Shown here piece after piece: positions 1-11,705 of a stretch of DNA of 64,000 nt. Source of the DNA: Octopus vulgaris (Eukaryota); the NCBI GenBank assembly GCA_951406725.2, contig OX597826.1, positions 35,216,001-35,280,000 on the forward strand, written 5' to 3'. The notes beneath the pieces were generated by a model. The model had not been told where the DNA came from and ran no database searches. It saw nothing but the letters and a program-made list of their open reading frames with translations. Within the stretch, counting starts at the first letter, position 1. Each line of letters starts with the position of its first letter. Made by a program: the position numbers and the translations under genes.

Positions 1-852
1 GGAACGGTAAGCTCTTCGCAATACAGTAAACAATTTTGCCAAGGGGACTTTATTTTCTCTTCGGCTTATCAAGGAACTCCACAGAAATGAACGCTAAATG
101 AAATTATGATCCATGCAACTATTTTCAATAACACTGAAAAACATTCTACCAAATGAAGATAATTTTTTTCATCATATATTTTATCGTTCACGTCTTAATC
201 AATTCCACTTGTTGCATAATCTTGTCATATCATTTTATTAACATATTTTATAAAATTTCTAGATCCAATTCCTAGATCCAAATTAAAATATCTGTTTATA
301 TCTAAATTAAAACCAAGAAAAATGAATCCGTATAATTAAGGATTCTATAATCGAAAACAAAACTGAATTATAAAAGAAATGAATAATATCACGAATGAAA
401 ATTTAATATAATGATTATTAATGTATGTACAATATCTCAAATGAATTTATAATGAGAACTGACAGAAAGTTAGATAATCATAAAAATATAACTGAAGCTC
501 GGATTAAATTTGAAGTTAGAGAAAATATCAACTGACTTCATATTACTACCTGGCAGCGTTTTTTCCTAATGTATTTCTTCATTAATATGATGATGATGAT
601 CATCATCTTCCTCCTCGTCTTTATCTTCATCGTGGTCATGATGATGATAACCAGTAGCAGTAACAACAGCATCGTCATCATCATTACCACAAACACTACT
701 ACCAATAGCATCAAACTAACTCCATCATCATCAACATCATCCTCTTAAACAGCTTGTTCAATACACATTCCTTGATTTCTATTCCTTATCACATACGTAT
801 ACATACGTACATGTACATACACTGCATATTTGTATATATATATATATAAATA

Positions 853-993
853 GGTGCCGAAATGGTTGTGTGGTAAGAAGCTTGCTTCCCAACCACATGG
901 TTCCGGGTTCAGTCCCACTGCGTAGTACCTTAGGCAGGTGTCTTCTACTATAGCCTCGGGCCGATTAAAGCCTTGTGACTGGATTTGGTAGAC

Positions 994-994
<1 letters not shown>
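853..994 (+). mobile_element. tRNA-derived SINE family 1, 5' part ending at (TA)n
   Basis: Head GTGTGGTAAGAAGCTTGCTTCCCAACCACATGGTTCCGGGTTCAGTCCC has pol III A/B-box-like motifs and matches the copies at 8797, 13590, 36627 and 43870. Confidence 0.85.
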
Positions 995-1043
<49 letters not shown>

Positions 1044-2021
1044 TTATTTGTGATTTTCCCCTCCACCGTCGCTTTTACAGTCCTCATTAGCGGCGATATT
1101 CAGATTATGTAAAGAGCTATTATTCTTCGTTTCAGAAAGGTTTTGTTTGGATATAATAATTTTGATTCGATGAGGGAATGATATTAGAGTCAGAACAATG
1201 GCCATCATCATACAGACTCACACATACACAGAGTAAAATAATGCGCTTGTTAACTCTTAATAAATATTCAAACACTAATAAATAAACAATACTAGCAGAT
1301 TTTCCTATTTAATAATATAACAACTGGACTTACAAAATAACAGAATATTTTTTTATGGATGTTGGGAGTACACTAGCAGCATTTTATGGCCTTTCCATAT
1401 TAAGTGGGTTCTAGTGAAGGGATGGTAAAACGTCTATCAGAGTAAATATATGCCTTATATAAAGAGACCTAAGCCCTTGTTTATACATCAGTGTCTACAC
1501 CAAATTTTTTTCTATACTGTATTATATTCTAAATCATTTATATCGCTTTATTAATCTGTTTCCGCTCTTATAACTTACAGCGTCTCAATATGTACATGCA
1601 TAATCTGAACAAGCTGCGATTATTATACTTACAAATCATATTTCTTCCTTATCAGATGTTTTTCATTATCTCCTGCAGCACTGCAATATATTGCATAAGC
1701 AATAATATAGAATGCAAACAACACTATAAAAAATTATTCACAGTCCAAATAAGCGAATATCTCTGCGAGGTCGCTCGATAACAACCGAATTCCCTGTTTG
1801 TGGTGTATATATATATATATATGTATATATATATACATATACAAACACATATATATATATATATATATCGCTGTGAAGGCGCGCGTCTTAGTGGTTGGGG
1901 TATACGGCTCATGGTCTTCAGGTTATGAGTTCGATTCTCAGTAGCGCCTTCTCTATCTGAGCAAGACACTTTATTTCACGTTGCTCCGGTCGTCTCAGCT
2001 TAAGAAAAATTATTAGTACCT

Positions 2022-2253
2022 ATTTCTTTATTACCCACAAGGGGCTAAACATAGAGGGGACAAACATGGACAGACATAGGTATTAAGTCGATTATATCGA
2101 CCCCAGTGCTTAACTGGTACTTAATTTATCGACCCCGAAAGGATGAAAGGCAAAGTCGACCTCGGCGGAATTTGAACTCACAACGTAACGGCAGCCGAAA
2201 TACCGCTAAGCATTTCGCCCGACGTGCTAACGATTCTGCTAGCTCGCCGCCTT
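2022..2253 (-). mobile_element. SINE family 2, full length, nested in the previous SINE
   Basis: Close match to 51152-51374 and 56138-56369. Direct repeat AAAATTATTAGTACCT at 2006-2021 and 2299-2314 is consistent with a TSD. Confidence 0.9.
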
Positions 2254-2360
2254 ATAATGAATTATTAGTATATTATTTTTATATTAAATTATTATATCAA
2301 AATTATTAGTACCTGTGTTTCAAAGGATCGGTGTCACGCTTAATCTCCCCGAGAACTACG

Positions 2361-2561
2361 TGCTCTGTGTTGTTTCTTTCAATTAATTTTGAATATAACA
2401 AAGAATTTAGTAAAATAACTTAGTTATTATTTAAGCTAGTGTTAGAAACATCAATTGTGACTAAGGTTTGTTTAGTGGAAGATTTTAATTCAAAACTTAT
2501 GAAACATGACATTTGTACTACAGAGCCAAAGGCGGTTTCAACCGGGTTGGTATCGAAAGGG
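2361..2561. mobile_element. piggyBac-like non-autonomous DNA transposon fragment (one end retained)
   Basis: Ends ...TATCGAAAGGG followed by TTAA (2562-2565). It sits exactly at the TTAA seen in the uninterrupted SINE tail (GAGAACTACG-TTAA-GGGTAC, TTAA at 8518-8521). Confidence 0.6.
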
Positions 2562-4795
2562 TTAAGGGCACGCCTGCATGTGGTGTGCTCAGTCACCTAC
2601 ACGTTAATTTCACGAGCAAGCTATTTTGTCCATCGAATCAACTGAATCGCATGTTGTCGTAACCGACGCAGTGTTCGTTGTATACTAATGAGAAAAATCC
2701 TCAGTGTTTATTCAATTGACTTTCATTCTGTGACTATGCTTCTAATCGTTGTTACTGTTCCGTGTCTGTCTTTTATCATATATGTCTGTTGTTTACGGAG
2801 TTTACGCAGGTTTTAGAGCATTTTTATCCTTGTGCAGAGTTGGAAAATTTTTTTGTGTTAATCATCATAGCTCATCTGGTCAAATTGACGTTATTAGATC
2901 AATACAAAGAATACAGGAAAGAACTATTGTTGCGTCCACAGCATTTGGAGACTTAACAACTAGTAACCACTTTGAATTTGCTTCAAACCCATCAAACCCC
3001 TCCCGATGAAAGTCGTTCGTCCTAAGTGCCTACATAGTTGTAAATCATATGGAGCGAGTTAATCTATTATAAAAATGTATGTATGTATGTATGTATGTAT
3101 GTATGTATGCTAAAAACTTCATGTTGACTTGATCTGCAAGTTTCGATTGACAGGTTATTGAACTAACCCCATTTAACAGTAATTTTCAATAACTTAAATT
3201 GAGTCACCCTAAGCACAAAATGTTTTGATGTTATTTTTAAGCTTGCTGCAAAGTAGTAGCCTCAGTTTTACATACACGCATAGACAGACAAACAGACAGA
3301 TAGATAGATAATATAAATGACAGTATGTATAGATATCATAACACTTGTAACATTAGTTCAGAAGCAAGTGAAATTTATATATAAAGTGTTACTAGCACGT
3401 AACAATCAAACGAATGTCTCTCAAGTATACACCTTGTACAGATATTTTAAAGACTTGTTACTGAATGAAATTACGTGTAAAAGCAGAATACGTAACTGAA
3501 GCATAGTTACAAGGAAATGTTAAAATATGTACACTTTTGTGTCTTATAGAGTTGACCTCGATTCTTCAGATTTTTCCTAATTATGTATATTTGTTATTTT
3601 TATTTCTGAATAACATGTCGTTCTATGAAAGAATAACGCTCTTTGGCTTTTACGCAAACTATTGTTTTCTTTGCCCAATTTAAATCGCAGATCATGTGTT
3701 GTCCAAAACGTCCAATTAGCAGTTTACGTGTCAAAGATCATCATAACGGTACTACTGTTTATTGACAAGTAATATTTTCTGGACTCTTTCTCGGAGTTCT
3801 ATTTTGCTGATATAACAACAAATCAAATGCGTAAACGAATATTATGTATTGTGAAAATCTACTGTTTCTCAATAATATTTGTTTTCTATTTCACTGGAAC
3901 CGCTCTGTAAAATGTGGGGTAAAAATACGTTGATTACTTTGTTTTCTTCAGCTTATAGTTCTTAAAGAAATGTTATTTTCAAGTATAAGAATGGAGAGAC
4001 TTTACAGTTAAATAACTAGTCTGGTATAGCACTTATAACACCAATCATAATGCAAAAGTCGACGATGATGATGATGATGATAAGGAGGAGGTGGAGGAGG
4101 AAGGGGATGACGACAACGGCGGCGGTGGTGGTGGTGGTGGTGGTGGTGGTGGATGTGGTGATGATGATGATGAAGTGTTGCTTAGGAGTTTAGTTTTTAG
4201 TTGCCCGTCTTCAAAATTGAAGCTTATACAGAAATTATTTTAAAAGATCTGAAAAACGGTTTGGTGATGTGTTTTCTACTCATCACGTTTTATATTTGTA
4301 GTTCTTTCATCTAACAGTATCTTGCTTCCCGAACGACCAACGATGGCAGTAGTATACCGAAATGATGTATTCTTAGTGATTCATTCTAGTTTGAATGGTT
4401 CGTGATTCTGAGATACTAGTCTGCATTTCGATTAAATCTATAAATTGTGGTTCTCACTCGGATACCCTGATGTTTGTTAAATGCTTCTTTTTGTTGCTAA
4501 TTACTTTTCAGATGCACCGCGATATAAACTAACTATTATTGACAGTTAAAAATCGTAATGACATATTTGGTACGTCTCACTTGAATACAGAAGAAAAAAC
4601 GAAACGTTTTTGTCAAATATAAATTTTCTTTTACCGGACGCCTGATGGCTTAGAACTTTTATAAATTTAAGCACAGATACATGAAGCATTCAAGCAAAAA
4701 TCCCTGTGACATTAAGGATTTAAAATCTTAACATAAACTTTAGTAAAAGTCACATGCATGACCTAAGTCATGATCGATGAAAATCCATGTAAATA

Positions 4796-5350
4796 CGAGG
4801 GTGACTTAAAAATAATATCATTTTGTTTAGGACAAGTATAATTACCAACGCAGGAATATGTCTCATACATCAAAATGAAGCTCGTCCTCTGTGGATCCCA
4901 TCCATACTTTTCAACATAGTCACTGTTTCTCTCAATAGCAATGTTCCACTTTCAAATGAGAGCATGTATCCCTGCTCCATAAAATTTTGTTGACCGTTCT
5001 TTGAGCCACTTCTTCACTACAGTTTTCACTTCCTCGTCATTAGAATAATGTTTGCCTTCCAAACCTTCTTTCGTGGCGCCGAAGCGATGATAGTCTGAAG
5101 GCGCTAAATCTGGTGAGTGTGGAGGTAATGAAGAAGTGGCTCAAAGAACAGTCAACAGAATTTTACGGGACAGGGATACGTGCTCTCATTCGAGGGTTGA
5201 ACATTGCTATTGAGAGAAACGGTGACTATATTGAGAAGTAAGGATGTGATCCCCAGAGGATCAGCTTCATGTTGATGTATGATACATGTTCCTGTGTTGG
5301 TAATTATACCTGTCCTAAACAAAATGGCGTTATTTTTTTACTCACCCTCG
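4796..5350. mobile_element. Palindromic mariner-derived MITE made of two transposase 3' ends
   Basis: TA-CGAGGGTGA...TCACCCTCG-TA termini. Minus strand encodes PPHSPDLAPSDYHRFGATKEGLEGKHYSNDEEVKTVVKKWLKE (mariner YSPDLAPSDY motif). Plus-strand right arm encodes MKKWLKEQSTEFYGTGIRALIRGLNIAIERNGDYIEK*. Confidence 0.9.
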
Positions 5351-5884
5351 TATTATCTTAAATTATATAAAGACTACGAAATGTTCAAATACGCTGGTCG
5401 AAAGGATTCAATCGACCAAAAACTAGAAAAATGTGTCCAGCATATTCCAAATAATACTAATGTTCACAGTAGCAATTTGTCATAGAGAGAATTTGGTAGG
5501 TCAAAATAAAATTCATAATACTTTTGACTGTATATGTGTATATATTTGTACGTTTGAGTGTTTGTATGTGTGTATTTATATGTATGCTCTCTCACACACA
5601 CACACACACACACATCACACAATATAAGTATTGCATAACTATGATTCGCTGTTTCACCAAACATTTTATAAAAAGCAAGTCTTTGATTCTTACAAATTAA
5701 GTTCCTTTGATCTACTCAATTACCTTCCATATTATAATAGTTAGTTTGAAATTACTTTTGAAAATTTCAGTTTTCATTTATTTTTATAGCTGATTTTATT
5801 CTCCATTCCTCTTGTTTTTGTTAAATAATTTACTGATTCATTTATTATTATTACTAATGTTGATTATACTTACTAAATAGCTGC

Positions 5885-5898
5885 TATTATTATTATTA

Positions 5899-5962
<64 letters not shown>

Positions 5963-5980
5963 TACTACTATTATTATTAA
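5885..5980. repeat. (TAT)n microsatellite
   Basis: Seen directly; it generates the poly-Ile of ORF 5873-6343. Confidence 0.95.
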
Positions 5981-6605
5981 TGATATATCGCAGTTGTTTC
6001 TGTTGTGCTTGTTGTCATTATTACTTATTATAGCTCTCTCATAAGTTTTCGATCCTGCTTTTGTTGTTTTCGTTTTTGTTGTTATCGTTGATGCTGCTGT
6101 CAACATTGTTGCTATTATTACTCTTAATATTGCGGTTGTTGTCATCATTTCCACATATTTCGTGTTGCATATTAAAAGAAACTTGCATCGCCAATTTATC
6201 AAATGTATGTTTGGTGTTTGCTTTTTAATAAATTTAATCTTACAAACTCCAACTACTTCCTCTTTTTTCTTTTGTGTCTGTCCAATGTGTAAATTGAGCA
6301 AACAAAGTAACATCTCCATATGAAACATGCAAACATAAATCAATGAAGCTATTGATATTAGCTTTGGAAATACAGTTTATATTGGTTGTTTACATTTCTT
6401 CTTCAACATATCTTCTCTTATTCTGTTTACATGCGTTGAAACTATGAAATACTATTTACTGTTTATTTCTACTCAGTAACAGTAACTACACAAAAATCCG
6501 TATTTGTCTGAGATATTTTGGGATGTAATATAAAGAACAGTGTGCCTCATAACATGTAATTCGTCGGAATGCAGCATCAGCAGTTTAATACAACTGTTGT
6601 GTTTC

Positions 6606-6810
6606 AGGCGACGAGCGGGCAGAGTCGGTAGAACGCCGGACGAGGTGCTTAACGGGGTTTTGTCTTAAAGTTCTGGGCTCAAATTCTGTCGAGGGTTGAC
6701 TTGGCCTTTCATCCTTTTGGGGTCGATAAAATAAATGCCTGTTGAACACTAGGGTCGATTTAATCGACTTCGCCTGTCTCCTAAAGTTGCTGGCCTTGTG
6801 CCGGGATTTC
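6606..6810 (+). mobile_element. SINE family 2, diverged copy
   Basis: AGGCGACGAGCGGGCAGAGTCG...CCTTTCATCCTTTTGGGGTCGATAAAATAA resembles 37163-37378. Confidence 0.75.
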
Positions 6811-7135
6811 TAACTGATGTATTTGCTGTGTTTTACTTCAAATACACCAAGAAAGTTGGATTGATGCAATTCGTGTTTCAAAAATAATAAATCAGACCCT
6901 TGCCATCCTTAAGATATATTCACAAAAACAACTGAATTGAATGCCGAATGCTTTAACACTCAGCCAACGGTATAGAAACGGTGTCCATTACCCTTTAATA
7001 GGACTATGAGGATGGAAGGAAAAAAAACAATTATACCTGGGTGGAAGACGTGACTTGAATACTTGTATTGGAAGAAACGCAACTAAGTTCAACTAAGGAC
7101 CAAGCGAGAGAAGACAATCAGCAATCACTTAATGA

Positions 7136-7469
7136 TACCCCTTCAGTCACGACACTGACCATGGGATTGCACCTAGAAAGTTACCCTCCCAGGCACAACT
7201 CCGGGCATGGTTGTTTATGGAAAACCAGCAGTCGCCCATGCATACCGGCCTCCCCTCTCCACGCCAACAGTGTTATCCAAGGGAAAGGCAACAGCAGGTA
7301 CAGCTTGGCACCTATGACGTCGCAACACATTTCTACAGCTGAGTGAACTGGAGCAACGTGAAATAAAGTGTCTTCCTCAAGAACACAACACGCAGCCCGG
7401 TCCGGGATTCGAGCTCACAACGCCACGATCGTAAGCTCGACACTCTAACCACTGAGCCATGCGCCTTCA
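7136..7469 (-). mobile_element. tRNA-derived SINE (head H1 + CORE-like segment + tail T2), full length
   Basis: 14-bp TSD CAATCACTTAATGA at 7122-7135 and 7470-7483; tRNA-like head on the minus strand; second copy at 50600-50890. Confidence 0.9.
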
Positions 7470-7904
7470 CAATCACTTAATGAATGGTGTATATATATAT
7501 ATATATATATATATGTTATATGTGTATGTATGTATGTATGAAAGTACGTACGGACGAATATATATATATATATATATACATATGTGTGTGTGTTCAAAGA
7601 AAAACGTACACACACATGGGTAACACATCTGCTAACTCAAAACAACACATACAAAGAATTTGTTTATCATCTTTAAAAAAGTAAATATTTCCTACCGAAA
7701 CTAAGAAATTACGAGCGAGAAAATAATTTAGTTTTATGAGGTTCTTGAGTTTAATTATTATTATTACTCTTGTTGTTGATAAGGTCCATTATAGTCTGGT
7801 GTGCTCTCAGAAACATATGGTCTTTTATAAGATGCCGAGCTTTTAAATTGAAATTATGCCAGAGTTAGTGAAGTGTTAGATTTTACAGCATTATTATTGC
7901 ACAT

Positions 7905-8140
7905 TAATGTTATCGCCCTCATCATAATTATCACTGCCGTCATCACCGTCATCGCCGTCATAGTTATCTCTACCGTAATTATCATCATCATAAACCTCAT
8001 CTTCTTTGACATCATCATCGTCACCACCATGGCCACCAGGAATGATGATTGTGATGGCGGTCATAATGATGACGTTGATTATGATAACGATGGTGATAGA
8101 GATGGTGGAGATGATGACGATAATGAGATCGATGATAAAA
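7905..8140. repeat. Degenerate (ATC)n then (GAT)n trinucleotide tract
   Basis: Seen directly; the two halves are roughly complementary. Confidence 0.8.
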
Positions 8141-8252
8141 CTTGACATATTACTAAATACATCATATATGCTAAATACGCCATTCCTCTATGGGTGGAGG
8201 GACGAAAATCGTTTTAATCTACCCGTGTATATATATGACTGATAGTGATGTT

Positions 8253-8638
8253 GGAGGCGCAATGGTCCAGTGGTTAGGGCAGCGGACTCGTGGTCGTAGG
8301 ATCGCGGTTTCGATTCCCAGACCGGGCATTGTGAGTGTTTATTGAGCGAAAACACCTAAAAGCTCCACGAGGCTCCTGCAGGGGATGGTGGTGATCCCTG
8401 CTGTACTCTTTCACCACAACTTTCTCTCACTCTTACTTCCTGTTTCTATTGTACCTGTATTTCAAAGGGCCAGCCTTGTCACACTCTGTGTCACACTGAA
8501 TCTCCTCGAGAACTACGTTAAGGGTACACGTGTCTGTGGAATGCTCAGCCACTTGCACGTTAATTCCACGAGCAAGCTGTTCCGTTGGTCGTATCAGCTA
8601 GGACCCTCATCGTCGTAACCGACGGAGTGCTCCTATAT
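8253..8638 (+). mobile_element. tRNA-derived SINE (head H2 + tail T1), full length
   Basis: GGAGGCGCAATGGTCCAGTGGTTAGG...GTTTCGATTCCC A/B boxes; 11-bp TSD ATAGTGATGTT at 8242-8252 and 8639-8649; second copy at 54165-54460. Confidence 0.9.
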
Positions 8639-8796
8639 ATAGTGATGTTATCAAATCAAGAACATAAAAGTCTAATGAAACAGTTGGATAATGGATTAAA
8701 TGAGGTATTTTGTTCTCTCCCGTTTATCTGAATTCAAGTTCAAATCACGCAGAAGCAGAGTTTATTTTATTACATCAATTGTATTTTAGATATTAA

Positions 8797-8948
8797 TGCG
8801 GCTGTGCGGTAAGAAGCTTGCGTCCCAACCACATGGTTCCGAGTTCAGTCCCACTGCGCGGCACTTTAGGCAAGCGCCTTTTACTATAGCTGTGGGCCGA
8901 CCAAAACATTGTGAATGCATTTGGTAGACGGAAACTGAAAAAAACCCG

Positions 8949-8999
<51 letters not shown>

Positions 9000-9214
9000 T
9001 GTGTGCGTGTGTGTGTTTCCCATTCTCCTACCCTTTGACAACCGGTTCCGGTCTGGTTACATCCGTCCCTGTGACTTAACAATTCGGCAAAAGAAACCGA
9101 TAGAGTAAGACCAGGCTTTAAGGAAAGAAATAAGTACCAACGTCGATGCATTCAACTAAAATTTCAGGCGGTGTTCCAGCATGGCCGCAGTCAAATGACA
9201 GATACAAGTATAAG
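8797..9214 (+). mobile_element. SINE family 1 with internal (TA)n/(TG)n
   Basis: Colinear with 13590-13989; 3' end CAGCATGGCCGCAGTCAAATGAC. Confidence 0.85.
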
Positions 9215-10627
9215 ATCCATGATAAAAGAAGGCCAATAAAATTAATACCTTACATTAAGTAGACCAGTTCGTTTTTTCAATCCGGTTCTTCAAAGCTGGC
9301 GTGATTAGAAGTAATTTTTAATTGTTAAATGTAAATAATTGTGGGAAAGCTTGAATCCATATTTTATTTATGAAATTAAAGGTTTTCTTTCATATTTGCC
9401 AAAACCGAAAAATTGGCTGAATCGCTAGATTGTCGGATAGAATGCTTTCAATTTTTTAATTTTTTTTTTTATTTTGTATAAATAATTTCGTCGGGGTCAA
9501 CTTTGTTTTTTATTATCCTTCTTGACTCGATAAATTATCCGTCTTTTCAACTGTCTCTCTTTCTCTCATTGAGTCGGTTACGTTTTGCCAACCGAAACGA
9601 TGTAGAGAAATCTCCTTAAAACCTCACATTTCGCCAGAAATTGAGGAGAGTTAAAGGTGGTGCTTGGAACCTGTTCTCATATACAAAAAGGTATCTTGCT
9701 GCAACCATCCAAGAATGGATTGATGTCTAACATAATGTGAAATGAAAATCAAATTAAAATATAGGGGTTAACTTCAAATCTTGTTACAGTAAAGTATATT
9801 GTATAGAAGTTTATGGAACAGTTAAACACTTAAGTTCCATTATTATTATTCTCAACAGGACAAGTGATCGACAAATATATATTTATACTAACAAATTTAA
9901 CTGAAAGTTATGTATAGTTTATTGGTGACGTAGAGAAATAAAGGACATTTTGGTGTTTGATAGCAAGGCTCTCGGCCACCGACAGAAGTATATTCGTTTA
10001 TTCGCTAGTGGATTCGAAGATTCATTGGCAAAGCGAATAACAATACATTGTAGTAATACCTCTTTAAGATATGATTTCAGATTCTGTTGAGTGCTAATTT
10101 TGTATTCTATCCTTGTAACACTCATAGCATATATTAAACTGCTCCTATTTTCTCAGCCAAGATTAAATATGAAACATATATTTATGTAAGGAATCATTAA
10201 TATTATAATAATTCTTGTAATTACTTCTGAGGTTGATTGCAAATTCCACAAATTAATTACAGAGAAGCCTAAAGCATGGTAACATAAGAAGTGTTTAATT
10301 AAGATACACCACAATAAACATATAATAATCTTCATCAACAGAAGCTTTCAGCTATTTAATAATAACTCACAAATATTCAAAACGTCTTGAAACTTGCAAA
10401 AAAAGATGTGAAATAACATAAGGTTTGTAAAGACAATATATATTTTGCTTGTTGTAGTTCTTTAGGAATTCACTTAAGTCGCCTAAAATTGAAGCAACTC
10501 CCCCTGAAGGTTTTTGCATAGGTTACCTGTATGCAAATACGCTAAGAATTAATTTCACGCTTTTGCCAGCATTGTAGCAATTGTTTTGTTGTTCCTCTTT
10601 TCGTTGTTTGCACCAGTTTAGCTCCGA

Positions 10628-10921
10628 TACATACACACACATACATATATGTATACACACACACAGACACACATATATATATACACATACATATATATAT
10701 ATATATATACACACATATATATATACACATACATATATATATACACATAGATATATATATATATATACATACATACTTGAATATATATATACATATATAT
10801 ATATATATAATATACATGTACATATGCATATATATCTATAACATGCGTATATACGTACACATATATATATGCATACATACTCGTGTGTATATATATGTAT
10901 ATATATATATGCATACACACT

Positions 10922-10986
<65 letters not shown>
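10628..10986. repeat. Compound (TA)n/(CA)n microsatellite
   Basis: Seen directly. Similar tracts occur at about 19.7, 20.5, 29.0, 32.6, 35.6, 40.9, 46.9, 54.0 and 63.8 kb. Confidence 0.95.
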
Positions 10987-10989
<3 letters not shown>

Positions 10990-11197
10990 TTTTACAAAAG
11001 AAAGATTGACAGTGTCTTAGTAGTCATTATCAAACTTTTCCTTCTAAAAGTTCCTGAATACGAGTTTTACTAAAACTATTTGCTAATCTTTCTGTTGAAT
11101 GTTTAATGTTAAATAGTTTGGGTATAATAACTAGACAAAAAAGAAGAGCAAAGATTAATAACCAAATATAGGCAAGTACGCACGCACGCACGCACAC

Positions 11198-11228
<31 letters not shown>

Positions 11229-11421
11229 AGTATACATGTATAGTGAGGGGTTGCCTGTTTGTGTGGAAGTATGCCTACATGTATGTATGTATGTATGGTT
11301 GCGTGTGTATGTTTGAATTTGTGTAGCTCTTAAGATTTTGGTATAACGTGTATTGATAATGTACAATACATCGTCAAGCTTTGGTCAAATCCACGTTTGT
11401 GATTTGCCGCGTCAATTAGAA

Positions 11422-11705
11422 CGCGCGTGGCTTAGTGGTTACGGTGTTCAGTTCCCGATTGTAAGGTCGTGATTTCGATTCCCGGCGGTGCAATGCGTCC
11501 TTGGGTAAGACACTTTATTTTACGTTGCTCCATCCCGCTAAGCTGTATTTCAGAGGGCTGTCCTTGTCACATTCCTCGTCACGCCGAATTTCCTTGAGAA
11601 ATTCATTAAGTGTTACTCTTATCTATGGAGTACTCTGCCACTTACACGCTAATTTCATGAGCTGGCTGTTCGGCTGATCGGATCAACTGGAATTCTCATC
11701 GACAT
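11422..11705 (+). mobile_element. SINE (H1 + T1), diverged
   Basis: CGCGCGTGGCTTAGTGGTT...AAGACACTTTATTTTACGTTGCTCC...CCTTGTCACA matches the 1873 element. Confidence 0.75.

Larger units (their letters stand above)
1873..2676 (+). mobile_element. tRNA-derived SINE (head H1 + CORE-like segment + tail T1) interrupted by two nested insertions
   Basis: Head matches 7136-7469 and tail matches about 8450-8630. It is split by insertions at 2022-2253 and 2361-2561. Confidence 0.8.

Noticed and set aside
2106-2309. ORF repeated at 51239-51451 (YRPRKDERQSRPRRNLNS)
   Set aside because: Antisense reading of SINE family 2, not a gene family.
7854-8242. Asp-, Ile- and Met-rich ORFs
   Set aside because: Degenerate ATC/GAT trinucleotide repeats.
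8253-8330. tRNA gene-like sequences at SINE heads
   Set aside because: They continue into SINE bodies with TSDs, and I see no complete cloverleaf or acceptor stem.
10523-11073. Overlapping YI/CV/HT-rich ORFs here and at about 16.7, 19.6, 20.3, 29, 32.5, 40.8, 46.9 and 63.6 kb
   Set aside because: Translations of stop-free dinucleotide microsatellites, not proteins.
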